Part shown: positions 41,634 to 53,309 of the stretch, in pieces
Numbering within the stretch: position 1 is the stretch's first letter
Layout of the letters: the number at the start of each line of letters is the position of its first letter
From: Octopus bimaculoides
Taxonomy: Eukaryota
Assembly: GCF_001194135.2 (NCBI RefSeq)
Contig: NC_068984.1
Location: 83,425,337 to 83,489,336 of the forward strand
Length of the DNA: 64,000 nt
Reading direction: 5' to 3'
Position numbers and translations under genes: made by a program
The notes under the pieces: model-generated
Told to the model about the DNA's origin: nothing
Databases searched by the model: none
What the model saw: only the letters and a program-made list of their open reading frames with translations

Positions 41634-41850
41634 CTCCAAGATCCTTTTGAATAAGAAAGTTGTTGTCGAAAACCCATTTACAGCTGGAAGAATCACAATA
41701 TGCCCAGAGGCCACGATGATGGTTACCTCCACTGTGAAAGACCGGGTTTCGAAACTCTATCCAGTATGGGGTGGCGAACGATATTACGATCGCTAGATTG
41801 CTGACCACTAAGAAAAACAGAGCTACAATAACCATACATGTCGCCCTCAT
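41634..41850 (-). CDS. First coding exon of a PMP22/EMP/MP20/claudin-superfamily tetraspan membrane protein
   Basis: MRATCMVIVALFFLVVSNLAIVISFATPYWIEFRNPVFHSGGNHHRGLWAYCDSSSCKWVFDNNFLIQKDLG has a hydrophobic TM1, then W-x16-GLW-x2-C-x4-C (claudin ECL1 signature). The ATG lies in CACC-ATG context. The exon is 217 nt (72 codons + 1) and ends at G|GTAAG, a phase-1 donor. Confidence 0.88.
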
Positions 41851-41961
41851 GGTGTCGTGGTGTTTTTATTTTGTTTTGCTGTAGTTGATGACGATGGGGA
41901 TGATGATGACGATGATCGGATAGATCCAGGTAGTAAGGATAGCCTAAGAGCAATGTGTGAG

Positions 41962-42026
<65 letters not shown>

Positions 42027-42640
42027 TGTCAAAACAGATAAAGGCCGCTCAAAAGACAGGCAACGAGAAAGTAAGATGTATATGTATATATATATGTGTG
42101 TGTATGAATATAGAAAGGAGCACTGTTCGGTAGAGTAATGATCGTGAAGGTATAGTGGTAGTGGTAGTGGTGGTGAAGATGAATGTGGTGGCGGAAGTGG
42201 AGATAGTGGAGCAGAAGTTGTATAGCTGATGCCACTACACGAGACCAGACTGAACACAAACCGTGTCTTCAAGATCCACGATTCGCTCGCCTTAATAACA
42301 ATCGGCAGCAGCTGTAAGCTAGCAGCGGAAGCGATGATGTGAAGAGGAGGGAGAAAAAATGGAAGCTTGCAAAGGAGGTCGGAGGAAAGAGGGGTAGCAA
42401 GAGGAAGAGGCTATAAGAGTTGTAAAAAACGAGGAAGTTAAGGAGCTGACGGTCGTCGTGTTGTTTGTTGTTCTTGTTGGTGCTGGTGCTGGTGGTGGTG
42501 GTGGTGATGATGGTATGACGGGTAAAGGGTCGTAGAGAGAAATTATGTTGGCTGTGATGCTTCGTGAACAAAAGACGGTCCTAAGAATAGCGAGAAAAAC
42601 AGAGAGGTGAGGTTGACAGGCGCCAAACGACAAGTTTTCT
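41851..42640 (-). promoter_or_regulatory. Probable 5' UTR / promoter-proximal region of the claudin-like gene
   Basis: There is a candidate acceptor (cacattgctcttAG, exon would start at 41943) upstream of the ATG. The stretch 42240-42640 is locally GC/CpG-richer and non-repetitive, with a (GA)n tract further upstream (~42710-42770). No TSS evidence is available. Confidence 0.3.
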
Positions 42641-42874
42641 ATGAGTGTGTGCGCGCGCGCGTATGTGCGTTTGTGTACGAAAGGGAAGCTGTGTAGATAA
42701 GTGAAGATAGTAAGAGAGAGAGAGAGAGAGAGAGAGAGTGTGAGAGAGAGTGAGAGAGAAAGAAACGGATGAAGATGAAGAAGATATGAAAGACGAAAGC
42801 AGCAACAGAAGCAGTAGTAACAACTGCATCATCATCATCATCAACAGCAACAACAGCTGCAGCAAAAGCAACAC

Positions 42875-42912
<38 letters not shown>

Positions 42913-42974
42913 AGAGCAGCAACAGAGTCAGCTGCACAATTATACTGCAGCAGCAGATGTAGCAGCAGCTGCAA

Positions 42975-43005
<31 letters not shown>

Positions 43006-43104
43006 TCTGGCAATGATGCTGATGATGATGATGACGAAGACAACTCCGACGACGAGGATATTTTACACTCACTTTCAAATATAAACACACACACACACAC
43101 ATCC

Positions 43105-43136
<32 letters not shown>

Positions 43137-43435
43137 ATAAATATGTATATACATATATATGTACATATATATAACATGTACATCAATACATATATACGCA
43201 TAGATATACATATATATATATATANNNNNNNNNNNNNNNNNNNNNNNNNNNNNNNNNNNNNNNNNNNNNNNNNNNNNNNNNNNNNNNNNNNNNNNNNNNN
43301 NNNNNNNNNNNNNNNNNNNNNNNNNNNNNNNNNNNNNNNNNNNNNNNNNNNNNNNNNNNNNNNNNNNNNNNNNNNNNNNNNNNNNNNNNNNNNNNNNNNN
43401 NNNNNNNNNNNNNNNNNNNNNNNNNNNNNNNNNNN

Positions 43436-43468
<33 letters not shown>

Positions 43469-43937
43469 ACGCACATATCTACATGGCTACATACCTAAAT
43501 ACCTACCCACCTACATACATACATGCACACTTACATACATACATACATACATACACGCATTCATACTCACGCACACATAAAACACTTGCATAGAATCCCA
43601 CATACATACATTAATACACACATATTCTATCGGCAAAAAGAGACCGATAGAATAAGTACTAGGCACCCAAAGAATAAGTCCTAGGGTCGATTTGCTCGAC
43701 TAAAAGGCGGTGCTCCAGCATGGCCGCAGTCAAATGACTGAAACATGTAAAAGAGTAAAGAGAGTAACATGAATTTGATTGCTTAAAATCACATTCAAAC
43801 GCACGTATTTCGTATCCTTGCTAACGTTCGGTAACTTGTGCTGTCTTTAGTCAAAACCACATAGCACAGAATTGCCCAGGACTCACACGTGTCTAAGGGC
43901 TTAATGCTTATCTGTGTATATATACTCTCCAGACTTA

Positions 43938-44267
43938 GGGGTTATCAACTATTTTTCATCTATGGATCTCTTTGATTATTAATTTTTTTTTGTCGGACTC
44001 CTACGGCCATTCATTTATAGAAACTGCTTTCAAAATTCCTATTTATTTGTTGTTTATTTTTTTTTTTTATCACACATTACTTTGTGTAGGTCGAACTATG
44101 TAAAATGTTAGAGAAAGAAACCCAACTGTTTCTTGCAATACATACCAATACGCACAGCTAAAGTAAAATTACTGTTATGTATCCCCAATTTATTATTTTG
44201 CTGTGTGAACCCCCAAAGTCTTATACGGACCCTCAGGGCCCATATGGAGCCCGGTTGAGAACCACAG
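43938..44267. mobile_element. hAT-type MITE, same family as 29483-29731
   Basis: Shared internal sequence (ctctttgatt, ggactc...cattc) and a GGTTGAGAACCAC end. Confidence 0.65.
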
Positions 44268-44276
44268 CTTTATACC

Positions 44277-44900
44277 AGTGCTTCTTTTCCACTTTTTGCC
44301 TATGAAACCCTTTGATTCTCATTTTACTCTACTGGTCCCCCATAGCCATTCGATGTATATAAAAAAAAATCCTGCTGTATTTTTATAATTAAATACTATT
44401 AGGGATTATGCTGGTGGAGGCGCAATGGCCCAGTGGTTAGGGCAGCGGACTCGCGATTATAGGATCGCGGTTTCGATTCCCAGACCGGGCGTTGTGAGTG
44501 TTTATTGAGCGAAAACGCCTAAAGCTCCACGAGGCTCCGGCAGGGGATGCTGGTGAACCCTGCTGTACTCTTTCACCACAGCATTTTCTTACTTCCTGTT
44601 GTGCCTGTAATTCAAAGGGTCAGCCTTGTCACGCTGAATATCCCCGAGAACTACGTTAAGGGTACACGTGTCTGTGGATTGCTCAGCCACTTGCACGTTA
44701 ATTTCACGAGCAGGCTGTTCCGTTGATCGGATCGACTGGAACCGTAAGCGACGGAGTGCCAACAACAACAGGGATTATGTCTAACCTATTTTTTTTAATA
44801 TTGTGTAAGTATAAGCAATTTATTGCACATAAATTTTAACAACAAAATTTTATATGAAGCCCCAAAGGTTAAATGGACTTCTCGTTGAGAACTACTGCTG
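44277..44900. mobile_element. Third MITE copy, interrupted by a SINE
   Basis: CAGTGCTTCT...ccctttgattc...GTTGAGAACTACTG, split at 44411-44769. Confidence 0.65.
44411..44769 (+). mobile_element. Full-length tRNA-derived SINE with TSD
   Basis: A/B boxes and an (AAC)n tail. AGGGATTATG is duplicated at 44401-44410 and 44770-44779. Confidence 0.9.
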
Positions 44901-45531
44901 TAGATTGTATATATGAAGGAGCCCTAGTACATTGCGTTGTCAAGGAGCCTTTAATGCTGTTAAAACGACCTCATTCATTTACACTCAGAATCGGACATAT
45001 ATCAGGCGTGACTGTGTGTTAAGAAGTTTGCTTCCCAACCAACTGGTTGCGGCTTCAGTCCCACAGCATGGCACTTTGAGTAAGTATCTTCTACTATAGC
45101 CTCGAGCCGACCAAAGCCTTGTGAAACGGAAAACAGTCATCTGACTACGGCCATACTGGAGCACCGCCTTAGAAAGTTTTTAGTCGAAGAAATCGACCCC
45201 AGAACTTATTCTTTGTAAGCCTAGTACTTATTCTATAGGTCTCTTTTGCCGGATCGCTAAGTTACGGGGACATAAATACATCAGCATCGGTNNNNNNNNN
45301 NNNNNNNNNNNNNNNNNNNNNNNNNNNNNNNNNNNNNNNNNNNNNNNNNNNNNNNNNNNNNNNNNNNNNNNNNNNNNNNNNNNNNNNNNNNNNNNNNNNN
45401 NNNNNNNNNNNNNNNNNNNNNNNNNNNNNNNNNNNNNNNNNNNNNNNNNNNNNNNNNNNNNNNNNNNNNNNNNNNNNNNNNNNNNNNNNNNNNNNNNNNN
45501 NNNNNNNNNNNNNNNNNNNNNNNNNNNNNNN

Positions 45532-45567
<36 letters not shown>

Positions 45568-45654
45568 GCGCATGCATACATAGGACGGCCTATGTATGTA
45601 TGTATGTATGTATATATATATATACATACATACATACATACATACATACATACA

Positions 45655-45686
<32 letters not shown>

Positions 45687-45859
45687 CACTCGCACACCCA
45701 TACACACACACAAGGCATTGGTCGACCTGTGACTGTAATGGAAAGCACTTGCCCAAGATACCGCGCTGTGGGACTGAAACCATAACTACACAGCCATCCC
45801 AGCGTCTTACACACACTCACAAAACGTTTTGACTACCCAAGATGCAGTATATATACACA

Positions 45860-45896
<37 letters not shown>

Positions 45897-46199
45897 CTAT
45901 ATACATATATATGTGCATATACATATATGTATGTGTATCTGTGCATGTGTATACACACAAACACACATACACACATTCATGCAATACATACATACATACC
46001 GCACACAAGCACACATACATATTTATATAAGCAGATATTATGCACATAGAAATGAGCTATTCCAAAACACGTATGTATGCATACACAACACTATGCTAAC
46101 AGGCGCAAAAACACACACCCACGCACACTCCCACGTAAATACACACCACATACACACAAACACACACTCACACAAACTACTATGCCAACACACGCACAC

Positions 46200-46480
46200 G
46201 CTGAAAACTTGTATGACCATAAACCAGAACATATCCCTAAAAACGACCATGTAAAGGTACTTTGGGATATGAAAATTGAAATGGATAGGCAAATAGAACA
46301 TCCATACCCAGATATTGTTATAGTCAATAAAGAGGAACGAGCGTATTGTTTAATCAATGCCGCTTGTCCCTTTGATATTTGTTTGTGAGACAAAGAACAC
46401 GAGAAGATAGAAAAATATCTTCGCTTTAAGTGCGAAATTCAGAGCACTTGGAATTGCAGGAAAATTACTATTATCCCAAT
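46200..46480 (+). mobile_element. R4/Dong-like RLE endonuclease fragment
   Basis: YDHKPEHIPKNDHVKVLWDMKIEMDRQIEHPYPDIVIVNKEERAYCLINAACPFD...EKIEKY. Confidence 0.8.
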
Positions 46481-46989
46481 TATAAAAAGAATTTACAGAG
46501 ACTGAGTTATTGTAGATCAAAATAAATATCCTGACTCTACAAAAAGATTGTTTGCTTAATCCAAGAACAAAACAAAAAAGTGCTGCAAAGTGCAGTTGGA
46601 TATCAAGCAATTTATGTTTCCAATTTTCATCCACCTTTTACAAAAGCTACGTAGGGGCCAGCACCTCCCTCTGATCTTCACCGTCCTCTTCAAGAGAAAC
46701 TTGAAAAAGTTGATGAGAGCCTGGCCGAGGAGGAATGTGCCTACTTTCACTCATTTCAGTTACACTCACTACAAACTTCTTTCATCATGGCTACAAATAA
46801 AGAAAAAAAATATCTGCCTTTCCAGGCCAAAAGATGACAATGAGGTACTTTTTTTTACGATAGACTCAGCTGACAGCCGGATTCATCCTACACATGATAC
46901 AGCTTTTCAACAAAAACTTCAGCCGTTAGCATGTATAACAGTTTCGTCATTCAGCAAGCATATTGAATAGGCCCAGCTAACGGCACTAC

Positions 46990-49250
46990 TGTGCCTCCAG
47001 AGATTGTTTCGAACCAACAACGTCTCCCGCTTGGACCACCATCCAGGAATTTCTGGAAATTATCCATTGTTCCCAGAACAGACCATCCGATTACTTCTCG
47101 TCGACGACCAGAATTCCTTAAGAATGTCGTCGCCTTCCCTCACCACTAATTCTTAACTGATCCTAACATAGAAATAATAGGCACAATACCGACTTGTGAG
47201 CACCTAGCAACATTCCATATTCCAGGTATCTAGTTTAAGTCTCTGCCTGGCCTAGAACTGCAGTTCTATCAAAGAGATGAACTGCTGGAGAAAAGTGCAT
47301 GACAAAGGACAACCACACATACTCACAATCCAAGAATTTTTGCATATGTCGTAGCCTCAGCGCATGTCTATATATCATCAATCACAAAATGCTGAGCCAT
47401 CAGCACATAGGGTATTGGCAGCAGATGGCCCTCTAAGCAGTAGAATGCGTTCCCTCCCCAAGGAGCGAAATGGCATCCGCTGCAATCTGGTCGGACGAAA
47501 ATTAGCGTAAGGCACGACGATCTGATGTTAATACATAACTGGTGCAAGGCATACATTCGTCACCTTTCCACAACTTTTCAAGGATAGCGTCCTCGCAGTT
47601 TATAATTATATGATGCTCGTAACCCCATCCTTTTCCTACCCACCTACAAGTTCGAAGTGAGCTAAATCCTAGGCAACAAACGGATCCAATTGTTCAGTAT
47701 CCCGTAACTTTACCCGACGACGTGTACCTACCTTTCCAAGCGCCGAAAAGCAAACCCACCGAATTGTCCAGGTCAATCTTTGCTCCTATCACCACCTCGT
47801 ATCTTTGGAACGATGCCGACCACTTAAGATTCTGTCGTGCTCAACACCAATACAGTCTCGTCATTTGCACATGCCGACACGTTTCTCTCGTCTCCCAGTT
47901 CGGTTTGAGATTCAGTACAAAATCAAATCATGATGGCAGGAATACATGATTCGAAATAGTTTCGCTAAGTGTCCATTTAAACCGAGCGAATGTTGCAGTG
48001 CATTGAAATAATTCAACCTCTATAAACAGGATTAAAACAGGTTGCATTGAGAACAGCCGCCAAGTAGCGATGATCAGCACTTGATAGCTTTCGATTGATC
48101 GAAATTAATCAGAGCCACACTGGCGCTAGGTTTGTAACCCGTCCTTTCAACGAATCGCATGAGGAAAATGTTGTCTTGAATATCAATTATGCTCCCCTCG
48201 CTCGCGTATTTCCTTGTCTGTGCTACCGTTTCTCGGCTTACAGAACTGGAAATTCTCCTGTTCTTCTGGTAGTTGTAGTAGATGTCTGCCAAGATGTCGA
48301 CATATATACGTAAAGCTGTACCCTCCAAACCAAGCGATTTCCTCCTTGCACAATCTATTTTTGTCTTATCGCTACTTCTTTGGTGCACAAGTCACTCTCT
48401 TCAGGGAGCCCAAGCTCCAGTTACTGACAAATGCTCCAGTCAACATAACTAGTTCGTTAGTTCGATCAGTGTAAGGCTTTGTGCTCTGGGAACGACGCAT
48501 TCAGTTTCCAATAGCCGGGTCATTATCTATGCGTTCCATAAGATCAACTGTGCAGCTCACAAATCTGTAATCTGTGAAACCAACAGTTTTAAATTATAGG
48601 AATCCTACACTATGTTTGTCCACTGGCCTAACAAATACTCAATTTTAAATACGATTTGAATAGTTCGATGCAATTGCTCTATGCTCACAGTGGCGCATTC
48701 GGGAAATCAAGTCAGCAACTTGAATCTATTAGAGCAGTTTTGCGAGTCACCCACTAACGCTGAAAAACAAGACGTTTCTAAGAAAGTTTTTAGACACCTG
48801 AAGAAATCTGGACACCCTTCTACTATCAAGGTATAAACATCCGCTAGTTTCAAGGCACGGCTTTCGCTGATGCTCTTGTCCAAAACATCCGACTTGTTTT
48901 GGTTAACATCAGTTCGAAATCTGAACTTTTCAAAAACATTTCCATCCCATTTTCTGACCCAGGCCTACTAAAAGATACTTCTACTTCGTTGTCGTAGAAG
49001 GTTGTCGGCAAGGTGTGCATTCTTGTAACCGTGATCTCATCGATTGTCACCACACCCGTATTTACTAACCTGAGATCGTTGCGAAAGGGATCGGCGTCTA
49101 AACCTATAAATCCTATTCTAAATATGGTCATGCTGGTCAGAGAAAAGAAAGTGAGAGAGGTAAGATTATCTTGGTCTTCGAAACGGACTGATAATCCGGT
49201 CATCTCCGTAACTGAGTTCATTGAAAGGTCTCTCTAAAATGCTTTCGTTG
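46990..49250 (-). mobile_element. Decayed Tx1/L1-like LINE ORF2 (APE endonuclease + RT)
   Basis: DLRLVNTGVVTIDE and PDFFRCLKTFLETS...LVGD (APE); KSLGLEG, DNIFLMRF...ALINFDQSKA and YEVVIGAKID..NSVGL (RT). Many disablements. Confidence 0.75.
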
Positions 49251-49519
49251 ATTTTTTTTTGCAGAGGAATCTAATGTCAACAAGAAATTTTGCTTTCAGT
49301 TTCTTGTTGTCTGTGTCTATATGAGTATTAGGTGGTTGACCACTGTTGTCTCTACCGTCCGGTCTGATTTTTAGGTTAGATTAGTCCTTTTTGCTTGTTC
49401 TTCCCTTCGTCCCGAAATAGGCCTCCAGCAATAGCTATATCAACATCGTTGTGGTAGTGGTGGTGGTGGTGAAACCAATGCGGTGTTTTGTTCTGATGTT
49501 TTCTCTTTTGTTCAGTAGG

Positions 49520-50065
49520 TTCTTAGATGCTTCCGCGTGTGTGGGAACTAGGCCTTCTGCTCCCCACTATATCATGTAGTTGGGTTCTGTTTCAGAAGTC
49601 TATTAGGTCTGGATTTTTTTATCCAAGTTTTTCAGGTTATTTCTCGATTAGGAACTCCTCTCCAATTCTTGACCAATTTTCATGGCAATGTTTTTCGTCC
49701 AGTAATGAGATCCTCTCTCTAGGATGATGCATGCAATCACCCACCAAACGTCTCATGTACGTGAGAGTGAGAACAAAGCCCTTACTCCTGCACGTAATTA
49801 CGTAGCATGCTCCTACGCATGAGCTTCGGAGAAAAATCTTACTTTTATGCCCCCATATTGTCTGGCCCGAGTAACGAAGTCGATATCGTTCAGTATTTTT
49901 AAAAGCTCTCTTCCATATAGGCACGTGTGGTCTTTTCTTAACCAACACACCGTATGTCATTGTTGTTTGTTTTTGCGGTGCTGCGTTCTTTTCAGAAGCT
50001 CTGAGGGTATTGCTAATGTGGTTTTCCTCTCGCCTTTTTCTGACGAGTTTTTGCGCTAACCTCAT
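49520..50065 (-). mobile_element. Probable ORF1 remnant of the same Tx1-like LINE
   Basis: A 142-aa open stretch directly upstream of, and co-oriented with, the APE domain. No decisive motif is recognised. Confidence 0.35.
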
Positions 50066-50569
50066 GTTTGTTTGTTTCTATCCAGAGTAACTTGTTCAAT
50101 TATTTTGCAGTTCCTGCAGCCCTTTACGCTGATCTTGCTATATGTTGTTTATGCGTTATGTTATCGTTGCTGCCGTTGTTTCTTGTATTTCAGACGGCTT
50201 CAACGAATGTGGAAATGATGTGGAGGAATGGAAAAAAGGTTTTTTTTTTTTTTGTGGGTAAGTGCTAGGCTATGATGATGGATAGGGTTTGTGTTGTTGG
50301 TCGACAGATTGGTGGCAGAATCAGTTTTCTGGCCGTCGCTACAGTGGCGGGAACACTTATATTAGTGATAATACTACTTTCCTCATTCTCGGTGCTATTA
50401 TTCTCCTTCGCCTCATTTTCGTTGTTTTTTTTTTTTTTTTTTTTTTTNNNNNNNNNNGCCTCATTTTCGTTGTTTTTTTTTTTTTGTTTTTTTCATTGTC
50501 ATCGTCAATTGTTGTTTCTGTTGTGTTTCTTATTGATGCTGTTATCACTACTATTATAAAGTCTGACAA

Positions 50570-50700
50570 GGTAGCGAGCAAGGAGAATCGTTAGCACGCC
50601 GGACAAAATGCTTAGTTCAAATTCCCGCGAGGTTGAATTTGCCTTTCATCCTTGCAGGGTTGATGTAATCTCCTCAAAACTAGTGGCCTTGTACCAAAAT
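50570..50700 (+). mobile_element. GGCAGAATCGTTAGC-family SINE, deleted copy
   Basis: gagaatcgttagcacgccggacaaaatgcttagttcaaattcc...ttgcctttcatcc. Confidence 0.65.
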
Positions 50701-51222
50701 GTGAAGCCATTGTCAAGTTTGACAGAGCCAGAAATGAGAGCTATTACAATGGAGGGGTCCATTATTATCTTTGTTGGTGGTGATGGAGGTGATGAAATGA
50801 CTGCAGATATTTCTTGGCTTGTTGTGGCTACTAGCAGTTCATGCATGTATTATAGTTGGTGGCGATGGTACTGCTGCAAAATTTCTGTTAAAAAACTTCA
50901 CAGGTAATTTTGCTTTCATTTTCTTTCTTCGCGGCAAGCGACGAGCTCTACCGAATCGCTATCACATCCATAATTACCACCTCTCATTTCTCCTCTTTTC
51001 TCATAAGTCAACGTTGTTGACATTTTTGTATGATATAATATGATTGCTAGATTGCAGACGATGGTGTAAATACCAGTGTATTTCCTAATTAGTGAAGGCA
51101 CTGAGTGCTTTTAAACCCTCTCTTTCCTGAGTATGTTACGAAGAGAAATTTCATGAAGTATGCTTACACTTAGAGAACGACGATGGGCACCATTTGCGCA
51201 GCATGGACACAATAATAATAAT

Positions 51223-51857
51223 TTGGCTTCAAAACTGAATGCCAGAGACATAATTTCGGCAATAAATTCACGCGCAGTCGCAGTAGTTCGGTATGGCGCT
51301 GGAATCCTGAAGTGGACAGAGGAGGAGCTAAAAGAGATAGACAGGAAGCCAAAAAACTTCCTAATGATGCATGGAGCTCATCATCCACGCGCAGACACTG
51401 GTCGCCTATACATGAAGAGAGCAAATGGAGGAAGAGGACTGATAAGTGTGGAAGATTGCGTGCGTATCGAACTCGAGAGCTTAATAAGATACCTAGTCCA
51501 AGTAAGGAAACCTTGCTAGTGAGAGTTAGAAACGAGGGAGTATTGAGAGCAGAGAAAAAAAGGAAAAACAAAGGAAGAAGTACAAAGGGTCATGATGAAT
51601 TACGCAAGAACAGACTACACAATCAATTCCATGCAGCCACAGCAAAAGTTGCTGGAAGAAATAGGTGGGATTGGCTGATGAAAGGAACATTTAAAAAAGA
51701 GACCGAGAGCATTATACTGGCAGCGCAAGATCAAGCTTTGGTCACGAACTGGAGGATCAACCTTAGGAATGAGCAAGAGTCTCACTTGTGCCGCATCTGC
51801 AATAGAGAGGATGAAATCATTACCCATATCACGAACGAATGCCCTACACTTGCTCGA
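51223..51857 (+). mobile_element. R4/Dong-like LINE internal fragment flanked by (AAT)n
   Basis: SKLNARDIISAINSRAVAVVRYGAGILKWT...RLYMKRANGGRGLISVEDCV (frameshift), then LKKETE-like FKKETESIILAAQDQALVTNWRINLRNEQESHLCRICNREDEIITHITNECP. Confidence 0.85.
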
Positions 51858-51900
51858 AATAATGATAATAATAATAATTATTATTATTATTATTATTATT

Positions 51901-51943
<43 letters not shown>

Positions 51944-53006
51944 GCATCATCATCATCAATAATATTAATACGCTTAGTGCTTTTGTACGGACCTGTTGTG
52001 TGCGTCACACTTACTTTGAAGTGGCAAAGTGAGAGAGAGGAAGTAAGAGAGAAAGAGAGAGGGAGTGAGACAGAAAGTGAGAGATTGAGAGAGAAAGAGA
52101 GAGAGTGAAAGAGACATCAGTGGTGACGGCGTTCGTTTTGTGTTTTTAAATGTTTCAGAGAGGACATAAGAGAGAAAGAAAGAGTGAGAAAAAGTGAAAA
52201 GGAAAGAGAGAGAGTGAAAGAGACAGTGAGTGGTGACGGCGTTCGTTTTGTGTTTTTAAATGTTTATCACATCGCAAGAGAAGTAGATACATAGATACAT
52301 ATACACATTGTCTAATCAAAAGCGGGAGAGAAGAGACACGCAAAGGAAGTGAAAGATAAAGAGAGAAAGTGAGAGAGGCGAGGCAGTAGATACATAGACA
52401 CATAGACACAGCAAATATTGTCAGTTTCACTTTTCATTATCACACGAGAATAAAATTAACTCACAAATGGCTGTATACTCCACAGCTACAACTCGAGACA
52501 TATATATNNNNNNNNNNNNNNNNNNNNNNNNNNNNNNNNNNNNNNNNNNNNNNNNNNNNNNNNNNNNNNNNNNNNNNNNNNNNNNNNNNNNNNNNNNNNN
52601 NNNNNNNNNNNNNNNNNNNNNNNNNNNNNNNNNNNNNNNNNNNNNNNNNNNNNNNNNNNNNNNNNNNNNNNNNNNNNNNNNNNNNNNNNNNNNNNNNNNN
52701 NNNNNNNNNNNNNNNNNNNNNNNNNNNNNNNNNNNNNNNNNNNNNNNNNNNNNNNNNNNNNNNNNNNNNNNNNNNNNNNNNNNNNNNNNNNNNNNNNNNN
52801 NNNNNNNATATATGAATGCATTTGCGTGCGTGTATAGGTTAGTTAAACAATGCTTGCAATAATAAGTGTCGCGTGATGGAAATGAACGCCATTACCAAAC
52901 TTTCATTCATAAATCCATTTATTATTTCGTTCTTTTGCATTTCAGTTTGTACATTTGTACCCAGAAATTTTCAACAACTGTACGCCAGAAGAAATAGAAA
53001 AAACTT

Positions 53007-53309
53007 CCCAGAATTAAACTTAGCCCAAGTGATGCAAATATTCCATTCTCATTAAACATACTTGAGTTTCCACTTCGACTTACATATTCAATAACAATTA
53101 ATAAGGCTCAAGGGCAAACATTTGAAAAAGTTGGAATACATTTGCCTCAACCGGTATTTTCTCATGGCCACTTATATGTCACATTTTCAAGAGCACGAGC
53201 TATGGGCTACATCAAAGTAAGAGATATGACATTCAATTGGGATAACAGACAAGGCCAAAAACGTGGTGTAACATACACACAAAATATTGTCTACCATGAA
53301 ATACTGTGA
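53007..53309 (+). mobile_element. Helitron Rep/Helicase C-terminal (PIF1-like) fragment
   Basis: PRIKLSPSDANIPFSLNILEFPLRLTYSITINKAQGQTFEKVGIHLPQPVFSHGHLYVTFSRAR...TQNIVYHEIL*. It contains helicase motifs V/VI and the typical Helitron terminus; there is an in-frame TAG upstream at 52995. Confidence 0.85.

Noticed and set aside
44416-44490. tRNA-like sequences (A/B boxes) at SINE heads
   Set aside because: They continue into SINE bodies and tails with TSDs, so they are not functional tRNA genes.
50408-50485. Sequence duplicated on both sides of 10-N gaps (also 37950-38110 and 57127-57195/57931-57985)
   Set aside because: Most consistent with unmerged contig overlaps, not biological repeats.
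52096-52265. ~110-bp tandem duplication in a GA-rich tract
   Set aside because: Only two units in low-complexity DNA; ordinary slippage duplication, not a CRISPR-like array.
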